Positions 24,797 to 32,000 of a stretch of DNA of 32,000 nucleotides are shown piece after piece. Each line of letters begins with the position of its first letter. The stretch's first letter is position 1. This DNA is from Erysipelotrichaceae bacterium MTC7 (GTDB lineage: Bacteria; Bacillota_I; Bacilli_A; Erysipelotrichales; Erysipelotrichaceae), in contig LVZN01000012.1 in NCBI GenBank assembly GCA_001695645.1, positions 60,001 through 92,000 on the forward strand, read 5' to 3'. The notes beneath the pieces are model-generated. The model had not been told where the DNA came from and made no database searches. It saw nothing but the letters and a program-made list of their open reading frames with translations. The translations under genes were made by a program, and so were the position numbers.

Positions 24797-25369
24797 ATGA
24801 AAAAGTTTTTATGCTTATTATGTGCAATGTGTATGGTTGGCGTTGTTGCTTGTGGTAAAGAAGAAAAAACACCTAATGTATGTGGAGTTGATTGCGAAAA
24901 AGCGGATGTTAGTGAGTACGAAGCATTCAAAGATGAAAATCACGTTTTCTTAGAAGTGAATATGAACGAAGCTAATGATTTCTTAGAAAGCAAAGAATTC
25001 ACAGGTGTGATTTATTATGGATTTCCTACATGTCCATGGTGCATCGAGGTTTTACCAGTATTAAATGATGTTGCAAAGACATATGATATGAATGTATACT
25101 ATGTCGATCGAGAAAATGATGAAAATAAAGCTCATCCAGAATGGCGTGAAAAAGCGACTAAGATTCTTGATGATGCATTTGGATTAGAAAAAAAGGATGG
25201 GGAACCAAACTTATTTGTTCCAGAAGTTGTATTTGTTAAGAATGGGAAGATCGTTGGACACCACATGGGGACAAATGATGACCATGATGCAACAGAGCGA
25301 AAAATGAACGATAAAGAGATAAAAGATTTAACAAGCGTATATGAATCACTATTTGAGAAGATTAAATAA
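24797..25369 (+). CDS. thioredoxin-fold lipoprotein with a CPWC active site
   Basis: Lipobox VVAC. YYGFPTCPWCIEVLPVLN (a CxxC in thioredoxin context). The ATG immediately follows the upstream TAA. Confidence 0.75.
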   Translation: MKKFLCLLCAMCMVGVVACGKEEKTPNVCGVDCEKADVSEYEAFKDENHVFLEVNMNEANDFLESKEFTGVIYYGFPTCPWCIEVLPVLNDVAKTYDMNVYYVDRENDENKAHPEWREKATKILDDAFGLEKKDGEPNLFVPEVVFVKNGKIVGHHMGTNDDHDATERKMNDKEIKDLTSVYESLFEKIK

Positions 25370-25926
25370 TGAAAGTATTTTTGCTTTTTATTACATTATG
25401 TTTTCCTTTGCAAGTTATTCCAAGGGAGCAAGTCACCTTAGATCATTGTATCGATGGGGATACTGCCTCATTTATTGTTGATGGTAAAAAACAAAGTGTT
25501 CGCTTTTTAGCTATAGATGCACCAGAATACACCAAAGAAATCGAACCATATGGAAAAGAATCCACTGATTTTGTATGCGATGCTTTATTGGATGCAAGTA
25601 AAATCGAGTTGGAATATGATGGTGCGCGAAACGATAAATATGGTCGATTACTAGCATGGATTTTTATAGATAATGAGTTGCTGCAATACCAAATTGTGGA
25701 GCAAGGCTTAGCTGAAGTTGCGTATATTTACGATGATTATCGTTACGTGGATGATCTATATAAAGTACAAAACAAGGCGAAAGATAAAAAGCTTCAAATA
25801 TGGAGTACAGATGATACGAAATCCCCACAGATTGATATTGAATATATTATAGCTGTGGTCGTCGCAGTGGGATTGAGTTTACTTCGTTATAGGTTCAAAA
25901 GACAAAGTAAAAAGCGATTCCGTTAA
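25369..25926 (+). CDS. thermonuclease (SNase) family nuclease with N-terminal signal and C-terminal membrane anchor
   Basis: TAATG overlap with the upstream gene. DGDTASF, RFLAIDAPE and YGRLLAW motifs of staphylococcal-nuclease-like proteins. C-terminal IIAVVVAVGLSLL plus a basic tail. Confidence 0.85.
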   Translation: MKVFLLFITLCFPLQVIPREQVTLDHCIDGDTASFIVDGKKQSVRFLAIDAPEYTKEIEPYGKESTDFVCDALLDASKIELEYDGARNDKYGRLLAWIFIDNELLQYQIVEQGLAEVAYIYDDYRYVDDLYKVQNKAKDKKLQIWSTDDTKSPQIDIEYIIAVVVAVGLSLLRYRFKRQSKKRFR

Positions 25927-25947
25927 GAATCGCTTTTCTTTTTTTCT
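25911..25947 (+). terminator. intrinsic terminator
   Basis: AAAGCGAUUC-CGUUAA-GAAUCGCUUU plus a U-rich run. Confidence 0.8.
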
Positions 25948-25979
25948 ATCGCTTATTCCGATAGTACTTTGCTCAGGGT

Positions 25980-26027
25980 GTAAAGTGAAGTAGGAAGATA
26001 GGAAAGGGATATTTAACTTCACTTTAC
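25980..26027. repeat. perfect 12-bp inverted repeat GTAAAGTGAAGT / ACTTCACTTTAC with a 24-nt GGA-rich loop
   Basis: Arms at 25980-25991 and 26016-26027. Loop is AGGAAGATAGGAAAGGGATATTTA. No U-run follows. Confidence 0.8.
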
Positions 26028-26122
26028 AATTATATAATAATTGACATATCAAAAACTGTCAAGGATAGTAAGAGAAAAGCTATTTTATAGCAATTTAATA
26101 AATAGATAACGGAGGATAAATT

Positions 26123-26986
26123 ATGAGATTAGAAAATGAAAAAATTGTATTAGATTTAACTGAAAAAGGTGGTGAAATGACATCGCTAACATGGAAAGAG
26201 AAAGATGTACAGTATTTGTGGCAAGGTGATGAAAAGTATTGGACTGGAAAAAACCCTTCTTTATTTCCACAAGTAGGAAATACATTTACTAAAAATTATG
26301 AAATTGATGGCAAAACGTATGCAATGAAAAATCATGGATTCATCAGAAACTCTACGTTGACATGTATAGATTCTAGTGCAACATCTGCAACATTTCAATT
26401 GCTGTCTAACGAGGACACTTTAGCGGTCTATCCTTTTGCCTTTGACTATAAAATTACATACACCATTTCTGATTCAAAGGTGTCGATTGCATATGCAATT
26501 ACCAATACAGGAGATAAAACTATGCCATTTGGATTTGGTTTGCATCCGGGATTTAATTGTCCAATTGAAAAAGGTGAGGCATTTTCTGACTATAAAGTGG
26601 TGTTCGATCAAGAAGAAAATCTTGAGCAGCTTCATTTTGATGTGACTGGTGAAAAGCCACATTACTTTACAAACGTTACGATGAAAGAACTCCCACTTAG
26701 CTATAAAGCGATTGAAGATGCTGCTACACTTATATACAAAGGAATGAAATCAGAGTTTGCAACATTAATTGGTCCAAAACATGCAATTAGAATTTCAATT
26801 CAACCATTTCCATTCTTTGCCATTTGGACATCTGGCGAAAATGCACCTTTTGTTTGCTTAGAACCATGGTATTCACATGCTGATTTTGAAAAAGTAAATG
26901 TACCATTTGATAAAAGAATAGGAATGATTAACTTAGATTCTGGTAAAACATTTAATACTGAATATTCCATTGAGGTTCTTTCATGA
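26123..26986 (+). CDS. aldose 1-epimerase family protein (LacX-like)
   Basis: GGAGG RBS. LWQGD..YW....P.LFP.VG and HGF.R motifs of the LacX/galactose mutarotase-like family. Confidence 0.75.
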   Translation: MRLENEKIVLDLTEKGGEMTSLTWKEKDVQYLWQGDEKYWTGKNPSLFPQVGNTFTKNYEIDGKTYAMKNHGFIRNSTLTCIDSSATSATFQLLSNEDTLAVYPFAFDYKITYTISDSKVSIAYAITNTGDKTMPFGFGLHPGFNCPIEKGEAFSDYKVVFDQEENLEQLHFDVTGEKPHYFTNVTMKELPLSYKAIEDAATLIYKGMKSEFATLIGPKHAIRISIQPFPFFAIWTSGENAPFVCLEPWYSHADFEKVNVPFDKRIGMINLDSGKTFNTEYSIEVLS

Positions 26987-28248
26987 TTGAACAAATATCT
27001 GTTCAAGAAAGAGTTTTATTAGTTGGTGTTTCAGAGAAAAAAACTAAAGATTTCGAGTATGCTATGGAAGAACTTGAAAGTCTTGCTGAAGCAAATGATT
27101 TCGATGTAATTGGATCAATAGTTCAAAATAGCGAAAGTAATGATAGAAAAACATATGTTGGTAAAGGAAAACTTGATGAAATCTCAATGTATTGTCAAGA
27201 TCAACATATTGATGTTGTCATTTTCAATGATGAACTTACACCTAGCCAAACGAGAAATATTGAAGAAGTGATCATTGATACAGCAATCATGGACCGAACA
27301 CGTCTCATTTTAGATATTTTCGCAAAACGCGCACAAACTAAAGAGGCAAAGCTTCAAGTAACCATCAGTTCTCTTGAATACGAATTGCCACGTTTAGGTG
27401 GAAGCTATGAAGCATTAAGCCGTCAAGGTGGAAGTAGCACATTGCGCTCAAGAGGTGGCGGTGAAACAAAACTTGAAAGTGATCGACGTGTCATTGAGGC
27501 ACAAATTTCAAAATATAAAAAAGAGTTAAAAAAGTTGGTTTTAGAGCGTCAAGTGCAAAGGTCGAAAAGAAACAAATCAGACTTAAAAACTGTTGCTTTA
27601 GTAGGGTATACAAATGTTGGGAAAAGCACATTAATGAATGCGCTACTGGAAGAAAATAGTGAGAAAACAGTATATGTTGAAGATATGCTATTTGCGACAT
27701 TACAAACACGTGTACGAAAAATTGAACTGGGTGAGAAAAAGTGGTGTTTATTAACTGATACAGTAGGATTTGTTGACAATCTACCACACCATTTAATTAA
27801 AGCATTCCGATCAACTCTTGAAGAAGTTAGTGAAGCTGATTTACTTCTTCATGTAATTGACAGTACAAGTTTGCATATCAACCATCATAAACGAGTAACG
27901 TTACAAACATTACAAGCAATAGGTGTGGAGGATAAACCAATTCTTGAGGTCTATAATAAAGTAGATGAAAGTGATGAAAACTACGATGATTCAAAGGTGT
28001 TAGCAATATCAGCGAAAACTGGTTATGGAATTGAACGACTTAAAGATGAGATATTACAAATCCTTTATGAAGACTACAAAGATTATAAACTCTTAATTCC
28101 CTACGAAAATGGTGCATTGCTACACGTTTTTAATGAACATTACGAAACTCAAATTTTGGAACATGTAGAAGCAGGGATTGTAATACAAACCAACATCCCA
28201 AGTAACGTGGCTAAAAAATATAAAGATTATATAGTTGAAACCATTTAG
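26983..28248 (+). CDS. hflX: GTPase HflX
   Basis: ATGA overlap. HflX N-domain (DRT.LILDIFA.RA.T.EAKLQV); G1 GYTNVGKST; DTVGF; NKVD. Confidence 0.9.
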   Translation: MIEQISVQERVLLVGVSEKKTKDFEYAMEELESLAEANDFDVIGSIVQNSESNDRKTYVGKGKLDEISMYCQDQHIDVVIFNDELTPSQTRNIEEVIIDTAIMDRTRLILDIFAKRAQTKEAKLQVTISSLEYELPRLGGSYEALSRQGGSSTLRSRGGGETKLESDRRVIEAQISKYKKELKKLVLERQVQRSKRNKSDLKTVALVGYTNVGKSTLMNALLEENSEKTVYVEDMLFATLQTRVRKIELGEKKWCLLTDTVGFVDNLPHHLIKAFRSTLEEVSEADLLLHVIDSTSLHINHHKRVTLQTLQAIGVEDKPILEVYNKVDESDENYDDSKVLAISAKTGYGIERLKDEILQILYEDYKDYKLLIPYENGALLHVFNEHYETQILEHVEAGIVIQTNIPSNVAKKYKDYIVETI

Positions 28249-28310
28249 TGCAATCCAATTAACTTCCATTTATAAAACGCTTATAATATACAAAACGAGG
28301 AGGTTAGGAA

Positions 28311-29246
28311 ATGAAAATTTTAAAATATTCTGAATGGAAAGACACTGCACTTGCAATTCATCAGATATCACAAATGTTAGGAAAAACAAAACTTGCGTGG
28401 CAAGAACCACAACCCGAGTGGAATCATTCTTTATTACAAATAAGTGCTGATGGTTTTACAACTGGACTTATCAGCAATGGAGAAAATAGTTTTGAAGTGC
28501 GGATATGCTTGAAAAAAGGTAGAGTTGAGGCTCTTAATATAAATGGGAAAGTAAGTTCATTTTCGTTTGAAAGCGGGAAATCTGTTGCTGAGTACTATAA
28601 AATGTATAAGGAAATGCTAGCTGATGTAATGTGTCAAACGCAAATATGTACCAAACCAATGGAGATGAGCATTACAACGCCTTTTGAAGATAATCATGAC
28701 ATATTGCACTATGACGAATCTTGTGCGATGGATTTTCATAAAATGATGGGATTTGCTTATGAACAAGAATTAAACTTTGTTTCGTTTTTTAGAGGTAAAA
28801 AAATGTTACCAACGTTCTTTTGGGGAACGTTTGATATGTCCACAGTCCTATTTAGTGGAAAGGCTGAGCCATTCCCATATCAAGGATATATTGAAAAAGC
28901 TGCTTTTGATGAACAAATGATTGAATTTGGATTCTGGCCGGGAGATGATGAAGTGGATGAACCTGCTTTCTTTATCTTGCCGTATCCATTTATTACAAAA
29001 GATTTAAGCGATACCCCAATACAACCAGATAAAGCATATTACAGTAAAGAGAAAGCCGAATACTTTCTAACTTTAAAAGATGCATTTAGTTACGATGATC
29101 CAGCTAAAGCCGTACAAGACTTTTTCAAAAGCGCTTATGATATTATTAAAGTTGAAGAAAAATGGAATAACACAGAATGGTTCGAACAAACTTTAACAAT
29201 TGAAAAAGGTAGCCCATTGGTAAATCAAGCGAATAAAGTAGGGTAG
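28311..29246 (+). CDS. conserved hypothetical protein (possibly DUF5996-like)
   Basis: GAGGAGG RBS, 311 aa, soluble. The opening W.DTALAIHQISQMLGK.KLA resembles what I recall of DUF5996; this is not verifiable here. Confidence 0.5.
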   Translation: MKILKYSEWKDTALAIHQISQMLGKTKLAWQEPQPEWNHSLLQISADGFTTGLISNGENSFEVRICLKKGRVEALNINGKVSSFSFESGKSVAEYYKMYKEMLADVMCQTQICTKPMEMSITTPFEDNHDILHYDESCAMDFHKMMGFAYEQELNFVSFFRGKKMLPTFFWGTFDMSTVLFSGKAEPFPYQGYIEKAAFDEQMIEFGFWPGDDEVDEPAFFILPYPFITKDLSDTPIQPDKAYYSKEKAEYFLTLKDAFSYDDPAKAVQDFFKSAYDIIKVEEKWNNTEWFEQTLTIEKGSPLVNQANKVG

Positions 29247-29267
29247 ATATTTAACTACCCTTTTTTT
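29240..29267 (+). terminator. intrinsic terminator
   Basis: AGGGUAG-AUAUUUAA-CUACCCU plus U7. Confidence 0.7.
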
Positions 29268-29305
29268 ATGTATTACGATATAATGTTTTAGATAAGGCGG
29301 TTTTT

Positions 29306-29812
29306 ATGAACTTTTTAGATGACCATGTTCTATATTTTATTAATGACAAACTAACAAATCCAAGACGTGAACGCATGATGCGAATCATTACCAGACTTGG
29401 TGATTTTTGTTTTATTTGGATTGCTTATGTGATCGTTGCATTTTTACGTGGTGATCGTAAATTAGCAATTTCATTGATTGGTGTCATGCTTGTGATAAAT
29501 GCGATTAACAATGGTTTTATAAAAGCTATTTTCAGAAGAAATAGACCTTTTGAAGATCATCCAGATATTCATATTACAATTCCAAATCCTTATGGTTCGT
29601 CATTTCCGTCAGGTCACAGTGCAAATGCGTTTGGGTGTGCGATTATCATTATGCATTTTTACACACAATATGGATTTTTGGCATTAATATTTGCGTCATT
29701 GATTGCGTTTTCAAGAATGTTTTTACGAGTACACTATTTTACGGATGTAGTGTTTGGTTCGCTAGTAGGGACATTAATCGCAATCGCTTATATCTCTATT
29801 ATTATTCTATGA
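29306..29812 (+). CDS. PAP2-family phosphatase (BcrC/PgpB-like)
   Basis: Acid-phosphatase motifs KAIFRRNRP, PSGHS and SRMFLRVHYFTDV. Four TM spans. Confidence 0.85.
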   Translation: MNFLDDHVLYFINDKLTNPRRERMMRIITRLGDFCFIWIAYVIVAFLRGDRKLAISLIGVMLVINAINNGFIKAIFRRNRPFEDHPDIHITIPNPYGSSFPSGHSANAFGCAIIIMHFYTQYGFLALIFASLIAFSRMFLRVHYFTDVVFGSLVGTLIAIAYISIIIL

Positions 29813-30753
29813 GACAATTAACAATTTACAAAGATGATGCGATGCAACGCATAGATAAATTTCTTGCTAAGACGTTGCCCACATTACCTAAAAGTCTCAT
29901 GTACAAGTATATCCGTAATAAAAAAATCAAAGTTAATGGTAAACGTTGCACACCAGACCAAAAGTTAAATGAAGGTGATGTCGTTACCTTGTATATAAGT
30001 GAGGAGTTCTTTGAGAATCCAATAGATTACAGTTTTCTAGAAGCTCCTGTCGCACTTTCTATTATTTACGAAGATGCAAACATCTTGATTCTTGATAAGC
30101 CAATTGGACTACTTGTGCATAGTGATATCAAAGCAGAAAAGGATACCTTGATACAACGAATTCTTCATTATCTTTATAAAAAGAAAGAGTATGATCCAAG
30201 CAAGTCTCAAAGTTTTACGCCGGCTTTGGCTCATCGACTCGACCGAAATACACAAGGAATCATTATGGCAGCAAAAAATGCTGCAGCTTTACGTCATTTG
30301 AATTTATTAATTAAAGAACGTGATGTGGATAAAGAGTATCTTGCTCTCATTGAAGGAAATTTAAAGAAAAAAACTGGAAATCTAGTTCACTATCATGAGA
30401 AAGATAAAAATGGAAATGTTAGCATTCATGATGCACCTATGTCTGAAAAAAACAAAGAAGTACGATTGAAGTACAAAGTGCTGAAAACAACGAAAAAAAT
30501 GGAAATGATTAATATCCATCTAGAAACAGGGAAATCTCATCAAATACGTGCTCAATTTGCATATATTGGACATCCTTTGGTCGGGGACACGCGCTATCAA
30601 GCAAAGATTCACGATATGGACTATCAAGCACTCGCAGCATATCAAATTACATTTCATAGTAAAAATGATCGTGTATTTAGTTATTTAGACAATAAAAGCT
30701 TTTGTATTCCAGAAACTGAACTGGAGAAATACTTTAAAGTAAAGAACAAGTGA
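29809..30753 (+). CDS. RluA-family pseudouridine synthase with an N-terminal S4 domain
   Basis: ATGA overlap with the PAP2 stop; the track's 29635 start runs through the PAP2 gene. Catalytic motif HRLDRNTQG; C-terminal GKSHQIR. Confidence 0.85.
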   Translation: MRQLTIYKDDAMQRIDKFLAKTLPTLPKSLMYKYIRNKKIKVNGKRCTPDQKLNEGDVVTLYISEEFFENPIDYSFLEAPVALSIIYEDANILILDKPIGLLVHSDIKAEKDTLIQRILHYLYKKKEYDPSKSQSFTPALAHRLDRNTQGIIMAAKNAAALRHLNLLIKERDVDKEYLALIEGNLKKKTGNLVHYHEKDKNGNVSIHDAPMSEKNKEVRLKYKVLKTTKKMEMINIHLETGKSHQIRAQFAYIGHPLVGDTRYQAKIHDMDYQALAAYQITFHSKNDRVFSYLDNKSFCIPETELEKYFKVKNK

Positions 30754-30776
30754 AAGTTTACATTTGTTCTTTTTCT
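30742..30776 (+). terminator. intrinsic terminator
   Basis: AAGAACAAGUG-AAAGUUUA-CAUUUGUUCUU plus a U-rich run. Confidence 0.7.
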
Positions 30777-30892
30777 TTCTAGTATGCTAATTTTTATATA
30801 ATACAACGACATCTTATAAGTGAGTGTTTAGAACCGCGATGAACATTGGCTTATTTGATGATTTTAATTCCTACTAAAAAAAAGGACATGAG

Positions 30893-30920
30893 TTGACATG
30901 CGTTGGTTATATGCTATTAT
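30893..30920 (+). promoter_or_regulatory. strong sigma-A type promoter of the long leader
   Basis: TTGACA (30893-30898), 16 nt, TGcTATTAT (extended -10, hexamer 30915-30920). Confidence 0.6.
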
Positions 30921-30994
30921 TTAAGTAGGAAGTAGGGAAGGAAACAATTTCAAGCCTTTACATAGCCGCTCTTGCAGCGGCTATCGACAAAGGT

Positions 30995-31040
30995 TTAATT
31001 CCTACTTGATTCAAGGGTAATATGGTCTAAACCATGTAGG
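30995..31040 (+). repeat. leader repeat unit 1: TTAATTCCT-N11-GGGTAATATGGTCTAAACCATGTAGG
   Basis: Direct repeat of unit 2 at an exact 158-nt offset. UUCCUAC (30999-31005) pairs with GUAGGAA (31036-31042), enclosing the hairpins CUUG-AUU-CAAG and AUGGU-CUAA-ACCAU. Confidence 0.8.
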
Positions 31041-31152
31041 AAAGCCCATGAATAAAGGGATAAGCACTACATCTATTGTTGTCAGGGAAACAATAATGGA
31101 AAATCGTGAAAAGATTCATCATCCGGGAAGATTGATGGATAAAACAAAGTTC

Positions 31153-31198
31153 TTAATTCCTGCCGTTTGCGTGGGAAACATGGTCTAAGCCATGTAAA
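31153..31198 (+). repeat. leader repeat unit 2: TTAATTCCT-N11-GGGAAACATGGTCTAAGCCATGTAAA
   Basis: 9/9 identity in the 5' block and 21/26 in the 3' block. The central 11 nt differ but the length is kept. The hairpin AUGGU-CUAA-GCCAU is retained via a U-A to U-G change. Confidence 0.8.
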
Positions 31199-31222
31199 AG
31201 TGTGTGAAGGAGAGTCAAAGGG

Positions 31223-32000
31223 ATGAAAAAGCAATTGGGAATTGCCACTGCATTTGTGGTCGTCGCAATTGGTGCTTTTGTTTTTACAAGTCGTACCAGT
31301 GCCGACGAAATGTTGTATTCGCAAAAGGAAATGGTTGTTGAATACAATACGGAAGAAAAGATTAAACAGGACGTAAAACAAGCGTTGACGGAAGATGGGA
31401 AAGTGTTTCTACAATTTACAGAAGAAACAAAAGTGGACGCAAACGAATACAAGTTTATCGCAGAAGTAAAACAGTCAGACAATGAGATGGCGTATGCTGA
31501 TGAAATCGTAGAGGTGCTTGTGGATGTAGAAGATAGCCATGCACCAGTGATTGAAGCAAACACTGAACTTGTTGAACTTACAGAAGGTGATGCATTTTCA
31601 ATAGAAAGTTTAGAAATTAAGGCATATGATGTCATTGATGGTGAACTTGCATACAATATAACGGAAAATACTGTAGATACTTCTGCTGTTGGAGAACAAA
31701 AAATCGTGATTGAAGCAGTTGATGTAAATGAAAATACATCACGCAAAATCATTCAAGTACATGTAAAAGAGAAAGAGATTGTACAACCCGTACAACAAAG
31801 CAACGTACAAAGTGCCAATGAGGTACCTGTACAAAACCTAGCAAGTGCACAACCTGCACTTCCCGCACTTGATCGCAATAATTTATCTGTCAGAGGATGG
31901 AAAATCGTTGTCGGTGCAAATGTTAGCGACGATGTAATTCGCGCGTACATGTCAGAGTTAAACAACTTGCCAGGAAAGTATAATGCCAGTGTCTTACACA
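31223..32000 (+). CDS. secreted/surface protein with a bacterial Ig-like (DUF5011/Big_3-type) domain; 3' end outside the window
   Basis: Not in the ORF track because no stop is reached. AAGGAG/AAAGGG lies before ATG 31223. The frame stays open for 259 codons to the window end. N-terminal signal/anchor MKKQLGIATAFVVVAIGAFVF. Segment APVIEAN..ELTEGDAF....IKAYDVIDGEL.YNITENTVDTSAVGEQKIVIEAVDVNENTS is typical of Ig-like surface domains. Confidence 0.8.
   Translation, partial: MKKQLGIATAFVVVAIGAFVFTSRTSADEMLYSQKEMVVEYNTEEKIKQDVKQALTEDGKVFLQFTEETKVDANEYKFIAEVKQSDNEMAYADEIVEVLVDVEDSHAPVIEANTELVELTEGDAFSIESLEIKAYDVIDGELAYNITENTVDTSAVGEQKIVIEAVDVNENTSRKIIQVHVKEKEIVQPVQQSNVQSANEVPVQNLASAQPALPALDRNNLSVRGWKIVVGANVSDDVIRAYMSELNNLPGKYNASVLH

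Noticed and set aside
30995-31198. CRISPR-like or tandem-repeat array
   Set aside because: There are only two full units (plus a 13-nt partial copy) with dissimilar flanks, no regular repeat-spacer periodicity beyond one interval, and no cas genes.
30925-31222. c-di-GMP-I (GEMM-I) or other known riboswitch identity for the tandem leader
   Set aside because: GGUCUAAACCAU recalls part of GEMM-I, but the defining GGCAAA and ACGCAAAGC elements are absent. I also found no signature of c-di-AMP, glycine, guanidine, preQ1, purine, TPP, FMN, SAM, cobalamin or M-box aptamers.
31082-31965. Minus-strand ORFs 31082-31381, 31153-31752 (199 aa) and 31753-31965
   Set aside because: They are antisense to a well-supported plus-strand gene with an RBS and signal peptide. 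Their translations are low-complexity with no RBS or recognisable domain.

Overview
AT-rich, Firmicutes-style chromosomal segment (GGAGG-type ribosome-binding sites, lipoprotein lipoboxes, CCA-encoding tRNA genes). It holds mostly transport and housekeeping genes and I see no transposase, integrase or CRISPR array. Recognisable content: a lysine riboswitch (L-box) driving an ABC importer whose binding protein is fused to the permease; an APC-family permease; phnA/yjdM; an FNT channel; a FecB/FecCD/FecE-type ABC importer ending in a Crp/Fnr regulator with a matching GTGA-N6-TCAC palindrome at its promoter; a DEDDh exonuclease; glpK; corA; class I aldolase (fda); an SDR; a T-box leader whose canonical specifier loop reads CGU (Arg) in front of a polar-amino-acid ABC importer; a ThrE-type exporter pair; a divergent Maf; six minus-strand tRNAs (Val-Thr-Tyr-Gln-Lys-Gly); alr; an AI-2E transporter coupled to a thioredoxin lipoprotein and a membrane-anchored thermonuclease; lacX-like epimerase; hflX; PAP2 phosphatase; RluA-family synthase. 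Items most worth a second look: (1) a roughly 300-nt leader (30.9-31.2 kb) with a 46-nt unit repeated at an exact 158-nt offset, a third copy of its 5' block upstream of the promoter, and a 46-codon upstream ORF, all in front of a plus-strand surface-protein gene that the ORF track missed because it runs off the window; (2) a solitary HinP1I/MspI-like restriction-endonuclease-fold gene with no methyltransferase, wedged between maf and the tRNA cluster; (3) an inverted 18-nt copy of tRNA-Val lacking exactly the anticodon triplet, sitting in the tRNA operon leader; (4) three genes (glpK, the exonuclease, maf) with a -10 box 6 nt from the ATG and no Shine-Dalgarno, suggesting leaderless mRNAs. 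All family calls rest on motif recognition by eye and memory; no searches were run.
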